From positions 4,256,001 to 4,320,000 of the forward strand of contig CAWKDB010000010.1 in assembly GCA_963848295.1 (NCBI GenBank): a stretch of 64,000 nt of DNA, in the 5' to 3' direction. The translations under genes and the position numbers were made by a program. Each line of letters starts with the position of its first letter. The stretch's first letter is position 1. Origin of the DNA: an uncultured delta proteobacterium (GTDB lineage: Bacteria; Myxococcota_A; Polyangia; Haliangiales; Haliangiaceae). Positions 58,099 through 64,000 of this stretch are shown piece by piece. The notes under the pieces are model-generated. The model was not told where the DNA came from and did not search any database. It saw only the letters and a program-made list of their open reading frames with translations.

Positions 58099-61083
58099 TT
58101 AGATCAAACCTTTGAGGAAGCTGAGCCGTTGAGCGACAGCAGCATTGCCGTCGATCCGTAGCTTGCCGTGTTGATAGAGGTCGCGCGCCGAGGCCTTGCC
58201 GGCCGCGAGCGCGGCGAGATCGGCGTCGCTGATCGTGATCGTCGTGTCGATCTGTTTCGGATCCGGACCGCCGAGATCGAAGGTGTGGACGAGCTCGGGT
58301 TCGGTGACCTTGAACTGGATGAACGCGCGGACCTCTTGCTTGAGGCCCGGGTTCTCCGCGATCCGCTTCGCGAGCGCGCCGAAGATCGTCTGAGCCTTCG
58401 GATCAGACGATGCCGCCTTCGGAGCCGACGCTGCCGGAGCGGCACCGCCACCCGATGCTCGTCGCTTCGCGAGGATCTCGGCGGCCTTGTTCGGATCGAG
58501 CTTCGACAGGAACTGCAGCTTCTGTGACGCCATCACGTTGCCGCTGATCTTGAGCTTGCCGGTCGTGAACAACTTCATCGCGTCGGCCTTGCCTTGCGTC
58601 AGGTCGAGGAAGTCCTGCTCGGACAGCTCGAGCGTGCACTCCGCGCCGCCTTCGCCCTGCTTGACGCTGCCGCCGCCGGTCTTGAGATCGAGCAGCCAGC
58701 GCTGGTCGCCGATGTTCCACTGGTAGATCACGCCGACCTTGCCGGCGAGATCGGAGTTCGTCCGCAGGTATTCCGCGATCACCTCGAACACGTCGGCGGT
58801 GGTCGGCGGCACGCCGGCGCCGGGCTCGGTCGCCGACGGGGAGCTCGCGCCACCGCTCGCGCCGGTGCGCTTCTTCATCTCGGCGAACACCATCTCGGGC
58901 GTCAGCTTCTTCAGGAAGCCGAGCTTCTGCGACGCCATCACGTCGCCGGAGATCTTCAGCTTGCCGCTCGAGAACAGCTTCATCGCATCGGCCTGGCCGG
59001 TCGCCATCGCCATGAAGTCGGCGTCGCTCATTTCGAGCGTGCACGCGGGCTTGCCGACCGCGCCTTCGCTGACCGAGCCGGGCGGCGTGGTGAGGTCGAT
59101 CGTCCAGCTGCTCGTCGGCGCCGACAGGTTGAACAGGAACGCGGTCTTCACCTTCTCGGCGGTCGCGGGGTTGCCGCCGACGAACGTGCCGATCGCGCGG
59201 AAGATGTCACCGCTGTTCGGGATGCCCGCGGGCGCACCGGCGGTCGCGGCCGGCTTCGCCTTGTCTTTCGGCTTCGGCAGCTCCTTCCACAGCTCGATCG
59301 CCGCGTTCGAGATGCACACCTCGTTCTTCTCTTTGTCCTTGCAGCGGAAGATGATCTTGTCGCCTTCCTTCCACATCTCGGTGACGATGGTCTCGCCCGG
59401 TAGCACGGTCGACGCGAACCGCACCTTGATGCTCTTGACGTAGCGCGGGTCGGCGTCGGGCGCGAACGCGTTGATCACGTGGCGGGTCGCGAACCCGAAC
59501 GAGCACAGCCCGTGGAGGATCGGACGCGCGAACCCGACCGCCTTCGCGAAGCTCGGATCCGCGTGCAGCGGATTCCAGTCGCCGGACAAACGATAGAGCA
59601 GCGCTTGGTTCTCGGTGGTCTTGTCCTCGATGATCTTGTCGGGCGCGCGATCGGGCGGCACGTTGAGCTCGACGCTCGGGCCGCGATCGCCACCCCAGCC
59701 GCCGGCGCCGCGCACGAACGTCGTCAGCTCGTTCTTGATCAGCTCGTCTCCCGCCTCGTCGTAGGTCGTGTAGTCGGTGATGACGACGGCGCCTTTGCCC
59801 TTGTCGTAGATGTGCTTGACCGTCGCCTTCGTCGTCAGCTTCGCGTGGGTCGGCAGCGGCCGCTTGATCTCGGTGTACTGCTCGCCGTGGAGCACGCGAT
59901 CGAGGCCGAACGACAGGCCGGGCGCCTGCACGCCGGTCTTGGCCTGCGTGAACACCATGTTGATCGCCGGCACGACGCCGAAGCTCGGCAGCACCTTCAT
60001 GCCCTTGCCCGACAGCTCGTAGACCAGCGGCAGGTCCGCTTCGTTCGTCGGATCCTTCGCGGCGCCGACGCCGAGCGCGTAGAGCGCGACGTCACGCTCG
60101 TCGTAGCTCGACGCGAACTCGGGGAACGTGTAGCCGAGCGCCTGGTCGACGTCGATGAACTGGTTGCCGCCCTTGCTCGGGCCGGCCTCGACGTTCGCCA
60201 TGATCGCGCCCATCGACTCCGCGATCGAGCCGGGGTGCGTCGTCTTGGTGAACTGCGTGATGTCCTTCCACGCGCCGTCGACGTCCTCGAGCCCGATCGC
60301 GCGGCCCAAGCGGAACGTCTTGCCGGTCGAGCGCTCCCACCGCAGCTTCGCGAAGAACCCGCCGCCCACTTCGTACAAGCCGCCGGTGTCCTCGGTCGAC
60401 TCGTGCGCGAGCTTCGCGACGAGCGGCGACACGAACTCGGGCTTGAGCGCGTCGAGCAATTCCTTCGGCAGCACGGTCTCGGTCATCCGCGAGCCGGCGA
60501 TCGGCGCGATCGTGTTGACGATGATGTTGCGCTTCTTGCCTTCGATCGCGAGCGTCTGGGCGAAGCCGTGCAAGCCGAGCTTCGCCATCGCGTAGTTGGC
60601 CTGGCCGAAGTTGCCGTAGATGCCGGCTGCCGACGCGGTCATGACGATGCGGCCGTAGCCGGCGTCGCGCATGTGCGGCCACGCGGCGTGCGTGCAGGCG
60701 AACGCGCCCGCGACATGGACCTTGTAGACGAGGTCCCAATCGGCCTGCGTCATCTTCGCGAACGAGACATCGCGCAAGATGCCGGCGTTGTTGACGAGGA
60801 TGTCGAGCTTGCCGAACGCGTCGATCGCCGACTTGACGATCTTGTCGCCGTTCTCGACCGAGTCGTAGTTCGCGACCGCTTCGCCGCCGGCTTCCTTGAT
60901 CTCCGCGACGACCTTGTCCGCCGCCGACGCCGACTTGCCTTCACCGGTGAAGCTGCCGCCGAGATCGTTGACGACGACCTTCGCGCCGCGCGATGCGAGC
61001 AACAGCGCATGCGAGCGGCCCAAGCCGCCACCAGCGCCAGTTACGATTGCTACTCGTCCATCGAATCGTAAATCCTTGCTCAT
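58099..61083 (-). CDS. Multifunctional enzyme type 2-like (SDR 3-hydroxyacyl-CoA dehydrogenase + MaoC hydratase-2 + 3x SCP2)
   Basis: TGAGGGLG, NNAGILRD, YAMAK; YRLSGDWNPLHADP..ILHGLC; three GKL[KR]I.G SCP2 units. Confidence 0.92.
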   Translation of the reverse strand: MSKDLRFDGRVAIVTGAGGGLGRSHALLLASRGAKVVVNDLGGSFTGEGKSASAADKVVAEIKEAGGEAVANYDSVENGDKIVKSAIDAFGKLDILVNNAGILRDVSFAKMTQADWDLVYKVHVAGAFACTHAAWPHMRDAGYGRIVMTASAAGIYGNFGQANYAMAKLGLHGFAQTLAIEGKKRNIIVNTIAPIAGSRMTETVLPKELLDALKPEFVSPLVAKLAHESTEDTGGLYEVGGGFFAKLRWERSTGKTFRLGRAIGLEDVDGAWKDITQFTKTTHPGSIAESMGAIMANVEAGPSKGGNQFIDVDQALGYTFPEFASSYDERDVALYALGVGAAKDPTNEADLPLVYELSGKGMKVLPSFGVVPAINMVFTQAKTGVQAPGLSFGLDRVLHGEQYTEIKRPLPTHAKLTTKATVKHIYDKGKGAVVITDYTTYDEAGDELIKNELTTFVRGAGGWGGDRGPSVELNVPPDRAPDKIIEDKTTENQALLYRLSGDWNPLHADPSFAKAVGFARPILHGLCSFGFATRHVINAFAPDADPRYVKSIKVRFASTVLPGETIVTEMWKEGDKIIFRCKDKEKNEVCISNAAIELWKELPKPKDKAKPAATAGAPAGIPNSGDIFRAIGTFVGGNPATAEKVKTAFLFNLSAPTSSWTIDLTTPPGSVSEGAVGKPACTLEMSDADFMAMATGQADAMKLFSSGKLKISGDVMASQKLGFLKKLTPEMVFAEMKKRTGASGGASSPSATEPGAGVPPTTADVFEVIAEYLRTNSDLAGKVGVIYQWNIGDQRWLLDLKTGGGSVKQGEGGAECTLELSEQDFLDLTQGKADAMKLFTTGKLKISGNVMASQKLQFLSKLDPNKAAEILAKRRASGGGAAPAASAPKAASSDPKAQTIFGALAKRIAENPGLKQEVRAFIQFKVTEPELVHTFDLGGPDPKQIDTTITISDADLAALAAGKASARDLYQHGKLRIDGNAAVAQRLSFLKGLI

Positions 61084-61087
61084 CGCT

Positions 61088-61744
61088 TTATCGCTTTCTC
61101 TTGGGGGCGTCGTTGCGGGTACTGGCATTCGCCAGCACGGTCGGGAACAGTAGCTTCCAGTCGTCGATCAGGATCCGGAGTTGCGCGCTGTCTTTGTGCA
61201 ACACGCCGGTCATCGCGGTGCCGATCATCAGCTGGAGCGTCAGATCGAGCGCGCGCTCGAGGCCTGGATGGTCCGCGACGTCTTTGCCGAACAGCGTGCG
61301 GGCCTGCGCGAGGATGCGGTCGCGGAGCTGGCGCTCGGCGGTGACGAGCACAGGCCGCAGCTCGGCGTCGGTGCGGGCGGCGGTGCGCAGCTCCATCGCG
61401 ACTTGAAAGAACGTGCCGGAGAAGCACTGCCACAACAGCTCGAGCACCGCGTCGGTGCGCGCGCGGCCGGCTCGCTCCTCTGGAAGCTGAGCGGCGAGCG
61501 CTTTGAGCTCGCGGGCGCGCATCGCGGCGAGGTGATCGACCGCCGCGACGAGCAGCTCGGTCTTCGACGGAAAGTGATGGAGCAATGCGCCGCGCGACAC
61601 ATCGGCTCGGCGCTGGACCTCGAGCGTCGTCGTGCGCGCGAAGCCGACTTCGATCAGGCTCTCGACCGCAGCGTCGAGCAACGCGCCCCGCGTCTCGTCG
61701 CGGCGCTGCTGCTGCGTCCTCGGAGCTCTGACCGCTTGCGGCAC
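61088..61744 (-). CDS. TetR-family regulator
   Basis: LLDAAVESLIEVGFARTTTLEVQRRADVSRGALLHHFPSK. Confidence 0.93.
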   Translation of the reverse strand: MPQAVRAPRTQQQRRDETRGALLDAAVESLIEVGFARTTTLEVQRRADVSRGALLHHFPSKTELLVAAVDHLAAMRARELKALAAQLPEERAGRARTDAVLELLWQCFSGTFFQVAMELRTAARTDAELRPVLVTAERQLRDRILAQARTLFGKDVADHPGLERALDLTLQLMIGTAMTGVLHKDSAQLRILIDDWKLLFPTVLANASTRNDAPKRKR

Positions 61745-61752
61745 CTCGGATG

Positions 61753-61788
61753 GGTGTACCGCCCAAGATACAGTCAGTCAAGACTGTT
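61753..61788 (-). promoter_or_regulatory. Sigma70-type promoter overlapped by a candidate TetR operator
   Basis: TTGACT-N18-TACACC on the minus strand; inverted repeat acagtc-N6-gactgt (61771-61788) encloses the -35. Confidence 0.65.
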
Positions 61789-61852
61789 TGTTAGTTCCCA
61801 AATTCCCGTGTCTCAGAGCGGATAGGGAACAGGGAAGCGGAAGTCGCAACGT

Positions 61853-62494
61853 CTACGGTGCTTCGCACTCGCAGGCGAATGGATACTTGTGCGCGCTGTC
61901 GCAGTAGTAGTCGAACAGCGCGCCTTGCTTGTCGAGGATCGTGCACGGGCCGGGATGGCCGTCGGCGCCGTTCGGCTGGCCGGGAAACCACGGCAAGTAG
62001 TCGGCGGGATCGCCGAGCACGTCGAGCCAGGTGCCTGCGACCGTTTGATCGCTGACGCCGTCGGCGTAGTACGGAAACAGCAGCGGCACCGTGATCTTCG
62101 CGCCGACCGCAGCCGCTTCGCCCGCCGAATCGGCGATCAGTAGATGCGCGCCTTGCGCGTGGCAGGTCGCCACGGCGTCGTTCCAGCCTTGCCGTTGGTC
62201 TTCGCCGGGTAACAGCGAGTAGCTGTAGACCTTGTAGACCGAGGTCGTCGGCGCGCCGGCGATCGCGGCGAAGTCAGCCGGGCACGGTGGCGGCGGCGGC
62301 GCATCGAGATAGACGAACGCATCGAGCGGCGCATCGATCGGCCGCGCATCCAAGTGCGCGCCGTCGATCGCGCTATCGTGCTTCGTGCCGTCTTGCGAAG
62401 CCCCATCCGCGGCGCCGATCGGCGCGTCGCTTCCGGCGCCAAACCGGTTCGCGTTGAAGTTGCACGCGCAAACGAACACGAGGGCCCACCGCAC
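61853..62494 (-). CDS. C-type lectin-domain lipoprotein
   Basis: WNDAVATC..QGAHL, W.PGQPN, FACEC; DA-rich linker. Confidence 0.8.
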   Translation of the reverse strand: MRWALVFVCACNFNANRFGAGSDAPIGAADGASQDGTKHDSAIDGAHLDARPIDAPLDAFVYLDAPPPPPCPADFAAIAGAPTTSVYKVYSYSLLPGEDQRQGWNDAVATCHAQGAHLLIADSAGEAAAVGAKITVPLLFPYYADGVSDQTVAGTWLDVLGDPADYLPWFPGQPNGADGHPGPCTILDKQGALFDYYCDSAHKYPFACECEAP

Positions 62495-62637
62495 GGGGAC
62501 AGCCTACCACCAGCGCCCGGCCGTCCGAGCCTGATCTACATCGCGGCGAAAACCGTGGGGTGGCTGACAACCCCTCGGTGCGCTTACGCCCTCTCGTGTC
62601 CTGGCGCTGGCGGCTGCGGCAAGGCACATTCCCCGCC

Positions 62638-64000
62638 GTGCCGGATGCGCTGTCGGTCGTAAAAGTCGTCGCGATTCTCGCGGCGTGTCTCGTACCGGCC
62701 TACTACCTCTACGGTCGCACGCTCGAGCGGCGCATCGCGTGGCGCTACTTATACGTCGGCAGCGAAAGCCGCGTCGCGTTCAACGGCTTCGTGCTGTCGA
62801 TCGCCGCGATGGCGGTCGGCGTCGTCATCTTGATCGCGACCGGGGGCGAGAACCCGTACGGCGTGCTCGTGTTGGTCGTCGGCATGATCGCGGCCGCGGT
62901 GTTCTTCCTGCTCTCCGTGTTTTCGGTGTTCACGACCGTCTCGGTGCTCGGCGTCATGCTCGGCGTCTCGGCGCTGACGATCGTGCTCGCGATGACGACC
63001 GGGTTTCAGAAGGAGTTTCGCGACAAGGTGCTCGGCGTCAACGCGCACGTCATCGTGCTCAAGTCTCAGATGACGTTCGCGGAGTATCGCGACGTGATGA
63101 AGACGGCGCGCGAGATCGATCCCGACGTGATCGGCGTGCAACCTTTCATCTTCGCCGAGATGCTCGTGACCCGCGGTCAAGGCGTGTCGTCCGGCGTCGC
63201 GATCAAGGGCGTCGATCCGAAGCTCGTGCGCAGCGTGCTCGATCTCGACAAGCACATGGAGGTCGGATCGATCGATTCACTCGCACAACCGGTCGGGCCG
63301 GGCGAGCCGCCGCCGATCATCTTGGGCAAAGAGCTCGCGCACAAGCTCAAGGCAAAGATGGGCGACATCGTCACGGTCGTCGTGCCGTTTTCCAACATCG
63401 ACTTCGAGACTTCGCGCGCGAAAACGAGTGCCCCGCGGTCGCGCAAATTCAAGGTGACCGGCATCTTCTACAGCGGCTTCGACGAGTACGACCGGCGCCT
63501 GATGTACACGTCGCTGCAAGCGACGCAGGAGCTGTGGGATCGCGGCGATCAGGTGCTCGGTGTGGAGCTCAAGGTCAAGGACGTCGAGCGCGCCGCGGAG
63601 ATCGCGAAGAAGCTCGAGAAAGCGCTCGGCGGCCCGCCGTACACGGTGCAGGACTGGTACGAGCTCAACCACAACCTGTTCACGGCGCTCGATATCCAGC
63701 AGGCGGTGCTGGTCGTGATCCTCACGCTGATCATCCTCGTCGCCGCGGTCAACATGGTGTCGGCGTTGACGATGATGGTGACCGACAAGACCCGCGAGAT
63801 CGCGATCCTCAAGTCGATGGGCGCGACGAGCGGAAGCGTCGGCCGGACGTTTCAGATCCTCGGGCTCGCGATCGGCGGCATCGGCACGTTCCTCGGGCTC
63901 GCGATCGGTCTGGTGATCTGCTACGTCGTCGCGGCGTACGGCTTTCACCTCGATCCCAAGGTCTACCTCATCGATCGCTTGCCGATCGAGGTCCGGCCGA
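62638..64000 (+). CDS. Lipoprotein-releasing ABC permease LolC/E family, truncated at the window end (absent from the ORF track)
   Basis: Translated from GTG 62638: IAWRYL, LGVSALTIVLAMTTGFQKEFRDKVLG, VTGIFYSGFDEYD, KTREIAILKSMGA, VYLIDRLP. Confidence 0.9.
   Translation, partial: MPDALSVVKVVAILAACLVPAYYLYGRTLERRIAWRYLYVGSESRVAFNGFVLSIAAMAVGVVILIATGGENPYGVLVLVVGMIAAAVFFLLSVFSVFTTVSVLGVMLGVSALTIVLAMTTGFQKEFRDKVLGVNAHVIVLKSQMTFAEYRDVMKTAREIDPDVIGVQPFIFAEMLVTRGQGVSSGVAIKGVDPKLVRSVLDLDKHMEVGSIDSLAQPVGPGEPPPIILGKELAHKLKAKMGDIVTVVVPFSNIDFETSRAKTSAPRSRKFKVTGIFYSGFDEYDRRLMYTSLQATQELWDRGDQVLGVELKVKDVERAAEIAKKLEKALGGPPYTVQDWYELNHNLFTALDIQQAVLVVILTLIILVAAVNMVSALTMMVTDKTREIAILKSMGATSGSVGRTFQILGLAIGGIGTFLGLAIGLVICYVVAAYGFHLDPKVYLIDRLPIEVRP

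Overview
GC-rich bacterial chromosomal segment. It is most likely Myxococcota, probably Haliangiales/Kofleriaceae-like. This is inferred from four Hanks-type Ser/Thr kinases, PEGA/TPR and RCC1 lipoproteins, an ftsB-dmxA-like pair and Asp-Ala-rich linkers. The left ~4.6 kb is a candidate integrative element at tRNA-Ala(GGC): WYL regulator, palindrome-rich spacer, unknown protein, excisionase, and a tyrosine integrase whose frame runs into the tRNA. The rest is mainly core and envelope or signalling genes: PhoH2, RhlE, M16 peptidase, TatA, MltD, LolC/E and many lipoproteins. The best leads are four. (1) An FHA/GAF-type sigma54 activator bracketed by two copies of a 34-bp motif, each next to an outward-facing -24/-12 promoter for a membrane protein plus kinase or a small Cys-rich lipoprotein. 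(2) An apparently circularly permuted esterase lipoprotein. (3) A TetR-led, peroxisome-like beta-oxidation operon (MFE-2-like with three SCP2 domains plus an SCP-x thiolase). (4) A tiny gene with a tachyplesin-like Cys pattern. Several genes carry indels that look like long-read errors. No CRISPR array or rRNA was seen. All calls come from reading motifs by eye; no searches were run.
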